A DNA stretch of 18,692 nucleotides from positions 1 through 18,692 of the forward strand of contig NW_021824453.1 of the NCBI RefSeq assembly GCF_006345805.1, read 5' to 3'. Positions 8,889 to 18,598 of this stretch are shown here, in pieces. Source of the DNA: Octopus sinensis (Eukaryota). The position numbers and the translations under genes are program-made. The notes under the pieces were generated by a model. That model made no database searches, had not been told where the DNA came from, and was given only the letters and a program-made list of their open reading frames with translations. Every line of letters starts with the position of its first letter. Within the stretch, counting starts at the first letter, position 1.

Positions 8889-8975
8889 AGTGACACAAAA
8901 TGGACTTATCGAGACTGATTTTTCAAAAAATCACTACAATTGGTTCGACTCATTTTCGCACTCATTTCATATATT

Positions 8976-9245
8976 CTTACTCTTACTCTTTACTCTTTAC
9001 TTGTTTCAGTCATTTGACTGCGGCCATGCTGGAGCACCGCCTTTTAGTCGAGCAACTCGACCCCGGGACTTATTCTTTTTGTAAGCCCAGTACTTATTCT
9101 ATCGGTCTCTTTTTGCCGAACCGCTAAGTGACGGGGACGTAAACACACCAGCATCGTTTGTCAAGCAATGCTAGGGGGACAAACACAGACACACAAACAC
9201 ACACGCACACACACACATATATATATATATATACATATATACGAC
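8976..9245 (-). mobile_element. SINE family A, 3' half
   Basis: Reverse complement matches the 3' half of 1136-1537 from the internal microsatellite to the AGTAAAGAG tail. Confidence 0.9.
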
Positions 9246-9423
9246 ATATATGTGATGTGCATGGTAAATGGATGGCAGAACTGGAGGTTAGAAGACATCG
9301 CAAGGCAATTATAAAATAAGAAAGATTAAGATGTAGAACGGCCAAACAACAGAAACCAGGATAAAGCAAGAAGCATAAGTGGCATAATTCAAGTCAAGGA
9401 AGAACCTACAAAAAAAAAAGTAC

Positions 9424-9632
9424 TACCTATTTCTTTATTACCCACAAGGGGCTAAACACAGAGGGGACAAACAAGGACAAACATAGGTATTAAGTCGATT
9501 ACATCGACCCCAGTGCGTAACTGGTACTTAATTTATCGACCCCGAAAGGATGAAAGGCAAAGTCGACCTCGGCGGAATTTGAATTCACAACGTAACGCAG
9601 ACGAAATACCGCTAAGCATTTCGCCCGGCGTG
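9424..9632 (-). mobile_element. SINE family B, slightly 5'-truncated
   Basis: Close match to 2845-3075 and 17148-17382. Confidence 0.9.
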
Positions 9633-9828
9633 AATTTCTATTGTTTGATGACATCAGGTAGCCGATAACTGTGGTCGAGCTTTGCACAACATTTTAGAAG
9701 GCTTTTACTGGAATCTCACTTAAGTGTGTGTATATCTTAAATCTTCGGATTTTTTTTTAATATGCAAGACCACTGGTTTAAATTGATGTTAATTGATTGA
9801 TATTAATTTCTACCCTCATTATTTAATT

Positions 9829-9867
<39 letters not shown>

Positions 9868-10234
9868 ATACAGTAATCCCATCGCGGGTGTTATATTCCA
9901 AATACCCCGCAATAGGTGTATGTATGTATGTATAGATGTATGTACATATACGTATGTATATATGCATATATATATATAATGTTCTTTGCTTAGTTTTTCC
10001 TTGGGGGCTGACCAGATTAGACCAATCTCAAGAATAATCAGCCGAAATTGTGAGGATAATCTGGTGCTTGACTGAGTATAGAGGGCTTCGAATGACACGT
10101 CCTTGTTTTTCTTTGAATCAGCGAAGTAGAAACAGTACTGTACAGTATATTTAAAAAAAATTTTATAATTATTTTTATAATTTGCATATATTTATCTATA
10201 TATATATAACACTGAGAATGTGTGTTTGTCTGTC

Positions 10235-11162
10235 TGGAGAATCGTGATAGCAACTGTGGAGGAGATTGAGAAGGTGCTGGAAAATATGAAAAACGTAATA
10301 ACATTCCGAGCAACAGTGGAAGACCTGAATAGAATAACAGAGGAGATAGTGTTACTTGACGGTTTTGCACTAAGAATGAAGGTGGAGGGAAGACCGCCTG
10401 TGTGTTACGAATGTGGCGAAAGGGGACACATGAAGGCGAGATGTCCACGAAAAAACAGAGAGAGACTACAGAAAAGGTCGAACAGGCGGTAACAGGTGAG
10501 AATAATGAGACAACAACGGTAGAAGAATTCACACTAGTGGAAATAAAAAGAAGGAGGAGCGGTAGGGTAAGCCCACCACCGACTAATCAGAAAAAGAAGA
10601 AAGAAGAGATGGAAAAGAAAGAGGTAACGAGAAAGAAAGATGATAAAAGTGAGACGGAAAAGGAAAGGGAAAAATAATTGAGAAGATGTGTGAAAAAGAG
10701 TCAGAGAAGGAGGAAACAAATATGAAGATGATAGGTAAATTGAGGGAAGACTCAGGAATTCAAGTACAAGAGGACGAAACGGAGAAACTGGTTACAGTAG
10801 AGACGGAGAAAGAGAAGGTCCTAGACTCAGAGAAGAGTATAGAGGAATCTATAATAGGAAGGGTAGTGGAGGAAGAAAAGAGAAAACCGAGAGAAGGGAG
10901 TTACAAATGGAATTTCGTGACCTATTCCAAGAACGAGGAGGTGGAGAAAAAAATGGTAAAGTTCAAGCACATTATAAGGGTAAAGTTACCAAACGACGTG
11001 TACCCAGAGAGTGTGAAGGCCATTGTGGTCGATAGGGAAACCTATAAGAAACTGAGACACATGTGCGGAAGTAAAATTGACCCAGCCGGAGCACTGGTGG
11101 AATTCAATGAGCTGCCACCAGTAATCGACCTGTTAGAACTGGAGCCTTACATGAGGCGTTAA
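10235..11162 (+). pseudogene. L1/Tx1-type ORF1p with a CCHC zinc knuckle; 5'-truncated, two -1 frameshifts
   Basis: VEGRPPVCYECGERGHMKARCP fits the ORF1 pattern EGxPxxCxxCGxxGHxxxxC; ORFs 10220-10492, 10402-10677 and 10686-11162 join if one A is added in each of two A-runs. Confidence 0.8.
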
Positions 11163-11424
11163 AGAGGAATAAAAGTAAAATTAATTGTTTCTTTTTTAAA
11201 AAAAAAGAAAGGAAAAAGTTTTGGAAAAAACCATAGATAGTGACTGTGTGTACAAATGTTCAAATGGTGCTGCATGAGGAGTGGGGCCCATGCAGCCATT
11301 CATCTTTCATTATTATATAATATTCATACTCATTCGTTTTGTGTTTTTTGTCCCCACTGTGGTGTTGTGTCTGTCCTTGTAGTGTCACCTCTGAGTTAGT
11401 GGCCTGATTGCCTAATAAAGAAAA
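10235..11424 (+). mobile_element. 5'-truncated L1/Tx1-type ORF1-only non-LTR element (HAL1-like)
   Basis: ORF1-like coding region, ~260-nt 3' UTR, AATAAA at 11414-11419 and a short A-rich tail; candidate TSD TGTCT at 10231-10235 and 11425-11429; no EN/RT sequence follows. Confidence 0.65.
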
Positions 11425-11804
11425 TGTCTTTATTTCTATTACCAGCGTATAGTATGCTACTCGATTCCTTGATGCAAAGCCTATACGATTTAGTATATGT
11501 GTTCTATGGTGCTGATTCAGTAATTATCAATCATCGTTAATTATACTCAATGTTAGAATGTATGAGGTGGTTAATGTATGATGCTAATATCGTGGAATTT
11601 TTTTTATATTGGGGTGAATAAATGAATTCTTGTGTCCCCTATATCTATTTTTAAAATGAGTAGTACTCCCTATATAAATTTTCCTAAGTCCGGAGCGTTA
11701 AACTAATAAACCTGTTTGCTATTTACACACCCGTCTTCGTCTTTTGTTCGTTTCTTTTGTAAATTCCAAATATATATGTATGTATGTGTGTGTATGCATA
11801 TATG

Positions 11805-11864
<60 letters not shown>

Positions 11865-11924
11865 CTAGCATTAGTATGCACACAGACAGACAGACACACA
11901 TTCTCAGTTTTATATATATAGAGA
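11865..11924 (-). mobile_element. 60-bp Helitron-like mini element or inverted 5'-end duplication
   Basis: Minus strand reads A|TCTCTATATATATAAAACTGAGAATGTGTGTCTGTCTGTCTGTGTGCATACTAATGCTAG|T. Confidence 0.45.
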
Positions 11925-12164
11925 TATATATATACAATACTGAGAATGTGTGTCTGTCTGTCTGTCTGTTTCCCTAAAACTTGAGAACTACACAACCAAT
12001 TTCATTCAAATTTTACACATGCCTTACTTAGGGTCCATGTAGTTTCATGGGCAAAAAAATGTTCAACTTCTTGCCTAGAGCGAGCCCATAGCAATATCAT
12101 ATCTTCTCCACTATTTCAGTAATACGTGTTAAAAGTGAAACAAAAACACCTCTCTATTGTATGT

Positions 12165-12169
12165 ATATG

Positions 12170-12229
<60 letters not shown>

Positions 12230-12340
12230 TGTACATGTAATATGTACACATATATATACACATATATATATGTATATATATATACACCCATACACACATA
12301 CACACCCACACACACACCCACACACACACAAACCAAACAT
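12165..12340. repeat. (TA)n/(CA)n compound microsatellite
   Basis: Seen directly. Confidence 0.93.
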
Positions 12341-12345
12341 ACATA

Positions 12346-12653
12346 AGTGCAGGTGTGGCTGTGTGGTAACAAACTTGGTTCCAAAACACGTGGTTCTCAG
12401 TTCAGTCCCACTGTGTGGTAACTTGGCATGTGTCTTCTGCTATAGCCTCAGACCAACCAAAGCCTGGTCAGTGGATTTTGTAGACAGAAACTGAAAGAAA
12501 TCAATTGCATGTGTATGTATGTATATATGTAAGTCTATGTGTGTGTCTTCGTGTTTCTCTCTCATCACTGCTTCATAACTGGTGTTCGTTTATTTACATC
12601 CCCATAACTTACTGGTTTCACAAGAAGAAACTGATAGAATAAGTACCAGGCTT
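12346..12653 (+). mobile_element. SINE family A, old CpG-depleted copy inside the Helitron block
   Basis: GCAGGTGTGGCTGTGTGGTAA head, GTTCAGTCCCACTG, CTATAGCCTC and GATAGAATAAGTACCAGGCTT. Confidence 0.82.
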
Positions 12654-13882
12654 ATCAAAATATAAAAAAGCACTACGAATTGTCTCATATTTTTGTTTGC
12701 CCACTCAGTTGTATCTATCAATTTATCTTTGTGTGTGTGTGTGTGTGTTTTTGTGTACGTGTGTGTGTATACATATATGTATACACATATATACATACAT
12801 ACTATATATATATTATATATATATATATATATAATATAATATAACATAGTTCTTGAACCGGTACTTCAAGTAACGACTAGGGTAGGGTAACTGACTGCTT
12901 ATTGTGATCATTCGTCTTTTGGTTTCCTGTAGCTTTGCTCTCTTTTACAAACCCAGTGAACATATATTTCCTATTTCAAAGAAATTCAAACAATAGATAT
13001 AAGACCCAAGTTAAAAAGATTTTCAACAATTCAACTTCTCTGGTTGACATTAAGATGCCCACCCCCAACAGGGGCCTTAACGCTCACATTTTAGAGCTCC
13101 ATGACCTTCATTTTTTAGAAGTAAAATCTTTTTAACAGGTTCAATAACACTGGAATTTTGGAATATGCGCATAAAAATCAGTAGTATGGGATACATGTGG
13201 CACGATTACAATTTTTTTAGGGTTTGTATAGAGGGAAATAACCCTCATCTGCAATTTTGATGAAATTCGAAACATAGATATTCCAGTTCATTACAGAAAA
13301 TATAACAGAAAAGTCTAATTCTTCAATTGAATGTAACCGGGCAACGCCGGGTATCTCTGCTAGTTTTATTATAAATGCAAAACAACAGCACACTCTCGCA
13401 CCTCGAGTTTCGTTTTCCATACAGTATGTGCGATTCTTTTTTTACTCATCCGCGGTACACTACGTATTTTCTTTTGATATTTTCTAATTAATGTGCTATA
13501 CAGTGAAGTACTGTACTGTGCTTTTATTTATTAATTCATTAAGTTTTAGGCGTGAAAATGCTTATTTTACCACAGAAATAATTAAAATCTAAAAATATAT
13601 AAATTCCTATCAGCTGCAGAAACCCGCGATATACTGAGGAGACCACGATATAAATTTACGTATATTAGCCAGAAAACTCCGCGATGTACTGAGGGCGCAA
13701 TAGGTGAACCGCGATATGGCGAGTGATTACTGTACACACACACACACATGCATATATTTATATGCATGTGTGTGTATATGCAAGTGGCCAATCTGAATTC
13801 TTTTCTCTGGGCTTTTTTGTTTTTGTATAAATTATGCAAATTACGCAGGTAATAAATGTGTCCTGCTCATCTTATATATACG

Positions 13883-14283
13883 CTTTTACTCTTTTACTCT
13901 TTTACTTGTTTCAGTCATTTGACTGCGGCCATGCTGGAGCACCGCCTTTAGTCGAGCAAATCGAACCCGGGACTTATTCTTTGTAAGCCCAGTACTTATT
14001 CTATCGGTCTCTTTTGCCGAACCGCTAAGTGACGGGGACGTAAACACACCAGCATCGGTTGTCAAGCAATGCTAGGGGGACAAACACACCCACACACACA
14101 CACACATATATACATATATACGACAGGTTTCTTTCAGTTTCCGTCTACCAAATCCACTCACAAGGCATTGGTCGGCCCGGGGCTTCAGCAGAAGACACTT
14201 GCCCAAGATGCCACGCAGTGGGACTGAACCCGGAACCATGTGGTTGGTTAGCAAGCTACTTATCACACAGCCACTCCTGCGCC
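13883..14283 (-). mobile_element. SINE family A, full-length
   Basis: Minus strand starts GGCGCAGGAGTGGCTGTGTG and ends in an (AGTAAAAG)n tail. Confidence 0.92.
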
Positions 14284-14326
14284 TATGTCTATGTACCTTG
14301 ATTACTCGAGATATGTTAAAACAATT

Positions 14327-14370
14327 GTCCTGCTGATGATGCCTGTTGAGGTAGAAACACGTGTCCCGAC
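14327..14370 (+). ncRNA. Minimal type I hammerhead ribozyme candidate with a canonical core
   Basis: CTGATGA (14333-14339); stem II TGCC/GGTA with loop TGTTGA; GAA-A (14354-14357); palindromic stem III ACACGTGT (14357-14364); GUC site (C at 14365); imperfect stem I. Confidence 0.65.
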
Positions 14371-14499
14371 TGTCCTTCATCTTATCTCTAGACAATAGCA
14401 CTGTTCTCTAATGGCGTGTCTTTTTCCTTTCTTTTTTTGTGTGTGTGTGTTTATTACATTTCCCCAGTGTGTGCGCGCGCGCGCATGTCTCCTCCGATA

Positions 14500-14668
14500 T
14501 TGGTTTGTTCAGCACTCCTGTAATGCGGCGGTTCGATAATCAAAGACTTTTTGGATAAACACATCAGACTTCAACAACAAAAGACACTAGAGTCGATTTC
14601 ATCGACTAATCTATTCAAAGCAATGCACCAGCATGGCCACTCTCACTTGACTGGAAAAAAATAAAAGG
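14500..14668 (+). mobile_element. Highly diverged 3' part of a family A-like SINE
   Basis: GCGGTTCG, GTCGATTTCATCGACTAA and CCAGCATGGCC motifs in family A order. Confidence 0.6.
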
Positions 14669-14751
14669 ATACACCCCTCCCCACACACATGCATATATAT
14701 AATCTACAATACTATATATGTATATATATAGTATTATATAGTATACACACA

Positions 14752-14804
<53 letters not shown>

Positions 14805-14827
14805 ACGCATATATATATATATATATA

Positions 14828-14991
14828 AGCGCAGGAGTGGCGGCTGGGTGGTAAGTAGCTTGCTTACCAGCCACGTGATTCTGGGTTCAGTCCCACTGCG
14901 TGGCGCCTTGAGCAAGTGTCTTCTACTATAGCCTAGGGCTGACCAAAGCCTTGTGAGTGGATTTCGTAGACGCAAATGAAAGAAGCCCGTC

Positions 14992-15055
<64 letters not shown>

Positions 15056-15272
15056 GCATATGCATATATATGTATGTGTTTGTGTTGTCTGTGTTTGTCC
15101 AACCTCAAACATCGCTTGACAACCAATGCTGATGTGTTTAAGTCCCCGTAACTTAGCGTTTCGGCATAAGAGACCGATAGAATAAGTACTAGGCTTACAA
15201 AGAATAAATCCTGGGGTCGATTTACTCCAGCATGACCGCAGTCAAATGACTGAAACAAATAAAAGAAAAAAA
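14828..15272 (+). mobile_element. SINE family A, near full-length, with a long internal (TA)n
   Basis: Head GCGCAGGAGTGG, CCTTGAGCAAGTGTCTT, tail GCAGTCAAATGACTGAAACAAATAAAAG. Confidence 0.9.
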
Positions 15273-15676
15273 TATATATATATTACATGTATGTATACAC
15301 ACAAACACGTGCGTGTTTGTGTAGGGGTGGGGGGGAGGGGGTGCACCTGTGTGGTGTGGGTGTATGTGTTATGATATTTCCCTTCCACCGACAATTAACC
15401 CCTCTAAAACAAAACAAGGGAAAGAAAGAAAAGAAAGGACAAAAAAAAAAGAGAAAATTATTATCGCCTTGGGAGAATAAGAATTAATCCTTCGTTTAAC
15501 CTCAGTGGTGGTGGTCGTGGGTGGGGGTGATTGGGTTTCGAATGAGGTCAGGATGGTCAAATGAAACGTCCGAAGGTTGTTATCGGAAGCAGAAATATCA
15601 AAAACTTATCTTTCTCTTTTTTTTCTTTTCTCTCCTGGGACTTGCACTCATTCACACTTTCCAAGTCCCATCCGTC

Positions 15677-15707
<31 letters not shown>

Positions 15708-15894
15708 ACAAACACGCGCGCGCGCATAACTCCTACCTCACCTCCATTCCACCGTTTCCCCCTCCGCCCCTGCTTGAGAATAAGGAGTAAAAAGAATACA
15801 AGACAGGAATCAACTCCAACACGTCCCAGACCTGACTCATTCTTCATCCCCTAAACATGACCTCATCCTCCAACACCTCAACACCAGATGGCGC

Positions 15895-16255
15895 TCTCAC
15901 TCTCTCCCACTCCTCTATATCTGTCTCTGCCATTCTCTCTCTCTCTCTCTCTCTCCCTCCCTCCCTTCCTACCTCCTTCCCTGGCTCTTCTTCTCTCTCC
16001 CTGTCTCTCCCCCTCCCTCTCTTCCTCTCCCTGTCTCCACCACCCGTTTTGTCTCTCCTCTCTCGCTCCCTCTCTGTCGCTGTCTCTCACATCCCTCTCT
16101 CCTTCCCTCTCTCCTACTGTCCCTCCTATCTCTCACTCTCCATCGTTCTCTTTCCCTCTCCTTCTCTCACTCTCTCACTCTCCCTCTAATCTGCTTTATT
16201 TCTAAACCTTCCTTCTTTCCTTCCGCTTGTCTTTCATTCTCTCCATCCCTCTCTT
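15895..16255. repeat. (CT)-rich polypyrimidine low-complexity tract
   Basis: Seen directly; explains the SL-repeat ORFs. Confidence 0.92.
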
Positions 16256-16280
16256 TTTTCCTTGTAGAAAGTATTTACAT

Positions 16281-17012
16281 CGTTGTTGTTTAATCCTTGG
16301 CCTGCTTTCACCAAACAGATCTATGATCAAAGCCCTTCCGTCCGTGGCCATCTTATTTTGTACACAGGTACACATTATTCGGCATATCCCATTTTTTACG
16401 ACATTACTAAGTGATTTGAGCGAGATTTGACTGCTATTTCATGCAGATCAAGAAACCTCATAATGGTTCCTCCGTCAGTGGCGCTTCGCAGCATTTTGTT
16501 TTCCCTTTTTATTTACGTGACCATCGTAACTTACAAAAATAGCGAAGCATGATGATATCAGGGAGGTCTGGCTACTATTTCTAGCACGTCGAAACATCTG
16601 CAAGTGTTCTTACAGCTTCGGTTCAATCCAAGTTCAACGTTGATTGAACTGATCTGTGATCAAAGCTATTCCTACCGTGACCATCCCATCATTTTTAGAA
16701 ACATCTAAGACTACATTATCCAATGTGTCCTTCACTCTTTGAAGATGTTACTCAGAGAATTCGCAGCTATTTCTAGCACATCCAACGGCTTATAGAGGGT
16801 CCCCTCCTAGACCCGCAAGAGTGTCATTCTTGGTGGGTTTGTCACTCCAAGTGCGCTTTAATCTAGCGCTCATATTATGAAAGATATTCCAAACGTGACC
16901 ACCTCATCAGTTTTGTGTCTGATGGACTACAGTCTTTAATATATTACTTTAAAGCGTTAATACTTGATTTGCAGGAGATATTGGTTGCTATTTCTAGCAG
17001 GACGATCAACGA
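16281..17012 (+). repeat. Four head-to-tail decayed copies of repeat family D (SINE-like 3' region)
   Basis: CGTGRCCAYC at 16343, 16516, 16676 and 16894, each followed by a GCTRCTATTTC(T)AGCA-type motif near 16431, 16571, 16764 and 16986. Confidence 0.7.
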
Positions 17013-17147
17013 CGTTGAACATCAATTCTTCTTCTGATCATTGTTATCTTTGTTGCCTTCTTGGGGTTACTGAGGTCATTTTCACTCCTTTTAGCGTCTT
17101 TTCTCGAGGTATATGAAAATAAAAACAATAATGAATTGATAGAAAAT

Positions 17148-17815
17148 GGCGGCAAGCTGGCAGAAATGTTAGCACGCCGGGCGAAATGCTTAGCAGTATT
17201 TCGTCTGCCGCTACGTTCTGAGTTCAAATTCCGCCGAGGTCAACTTTGCCTTTCATCCTTTCGGGGTTGATTAAATAAGTACCAGTTACGCACTGGGGTC
17301 GATATAATCGACTTAATCCGTTTGTCTGTCCTTGTTTGTCCTCTCTGTGTTTAGCCCCTTGTGGGTAGTAAAGAAATAGGTATTTCGTCTGCCGTTACGT
17401 TCTGAGTTCAAATTCCGCCGAGGTCGACTTTGCTTTCATCTTTTCAGGGTCGATAAATTAAGTACTAGTTACGCACTGGGGTCGGTATAATCGACTTAAT
17501 CCCTTGTTTGTCCCTTCTATGTTTAGCCCCCTGTGAGCAATAAAAAAATAAGAAACGTTAGCATACCGGGCGAAATGCTTAGCGATAGTTCGACTTTGCC
17601 TTTCATTCTTTCGGGGTCGATAAATTAAGTACCAATTGGCTCCCTCCCCCAAAATTTCAGGTCTTGTGCATAGAGTAGAAAAGAATATTGAATTGGTAGA
17701 ATCATTAGAGCATCGACTTATAGTAATTTGTCCTGGTTCTGTTTTGAGTTCAAGTGCCGCTGAGAGTAACATTGCTTCTCATCCTTTCAGGGTCAGTAAG
17801 AATAAAATCCAGTCA
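17148..17815 (+). mobile_element. Tandem array of four SINE family B units
   Basis: Units at ~17148-17382 (full), 17379-17552 (5'-truncated), 17551-17686 (internal deletion, alternative tail) and 17691-17815 (highly decayed). Confidence 0.85.
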
Positions 17816-18590
17816 AATACAGGGAGAACAGGGCAAAAAGGGAAGCAATTAGACTGATGGGGTGGGTGGGTGGCAGACAACCAGGGAAGAGAGTAAAAAA
17901 ACACATTTGCTATCAACTAGAGCCTCATAAAGTCTTTCTCTCCAGCCATCTTTCTCCCTCCTCTTTTTTGTCTGACTGTCAGTCTATCTGTCTCTCTGTC
18001 TCTCTTTTCCTCTTTCTTCCTCTTTCCCTCTGGATGGATTGTACCCGTGATTCAAAAATCCCCCTTAATCTTGAGCTGGTTGACAAAAATACGTTAAGAT
18101 ATCCGTAGAATATTCTGCCATGAGTCGGAGTTGCCCGACGATGATCGGACAATTCAGTGCTCGTTGTCGAAAGAGAAGCAGAATCCATCCCAACCCCCAC
18201 ATTCCCACTGGCATTTTCACTATCCATCACCACACCACCATCCCACGCCCCTATCATCTCTTTTTTGTTAGTATTGGGACCACGCCTGCGGTTTGAGGAT
18301 AAACCCATGAGCTTCCTTCTTTTCATCTTTCTAGTTTTATAATCTCTCGCTCTCTCCCTCTTTTCCCCTCCCTCTCCTCCTTCTCTTCCTTCTATGATTT
18401 AAATGATCAGCTGACTCCCCACCTCACAGCTGAATCCCCCCCCCCATGCCGTCTCTCTACTCCACCGTTAATATCTTTTCTCCTCCATTCTTATCTCGCT
18501 TCACTAGTTTTATTCTCCTTAAATCCATGAAGAATACCAATTTGACATTCCACTGCAAAATAAATAAATGAAAAAACCGCAAGTCTGCGA

Positions 18591-18598
18591 TGACGTCA
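18591..18598. promoter_or_regulatory. Perfect CRE palindrome TGACGTCA
   Basis: Motif match only, in non-repetitive-looking sequence. Confidence 0.25.

Larger units (their letters stand above)
10195..13363 (+). mobile_element. Non-autonomous Helitron block (composite)
   Basis: A|TC start at 10195 followed by TATATATA..ACTGAGAATGTGTG; 3' GC-rich hairpin CCGGGCAACGCCGGG (13337-13351) then CTAG|T at 13360-13364; no TSD; a second 5' end near 11925. Confidence 0.7.
9871..13732. mobile_element. Tigger/pogo-like (Tc1/mariner superfamily) MITE split by nested insertions; own sequence ~9871-9918, ~10121-10194, 13364-13732
   Basis: TA-flanked ends: TA|CAGTAATCCC-ATCGCGG on the left and (rc) TA|CAGTAATCACTCGCCATATCGCGG on the right, with a 7-nt deletion in the left TIR; repeated CCGCGATA-type subterminal motifs. 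Confidence 0.75.

Noticed and set aside
10072-10102. CTGAGTA...CGAAT...GTC hammerhead-like ordering
   Set aside because: G8 and A15.1 equivalents are wrong, and there is no convincing stem I, II or III.
10038-10532. 164-aa minus-strand ORF
   Set aside because: Antisense shadow of the purine-rich ORF1 plus AT-rich flank; no independent coding signal.
11670-11765. Segment reminiscent of a Penelope-like pLTR 3' portion
   Set aside because: No hammerhead core or second copy in the window to support it.
13634-13675. CTGAGGA...GAAA, and similar isolated CTGANGA hits on the minus strand near 915, 740, 8288 and 16905
   Set aside because: No flanking stems or properly placed GAAA/NUH; expected by chance.
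17979-18326. 115-aa minus-strand ORF
   Set aside because: Starts and ends in low-complexity sequence; no recognisable motif or convincing splice sites.
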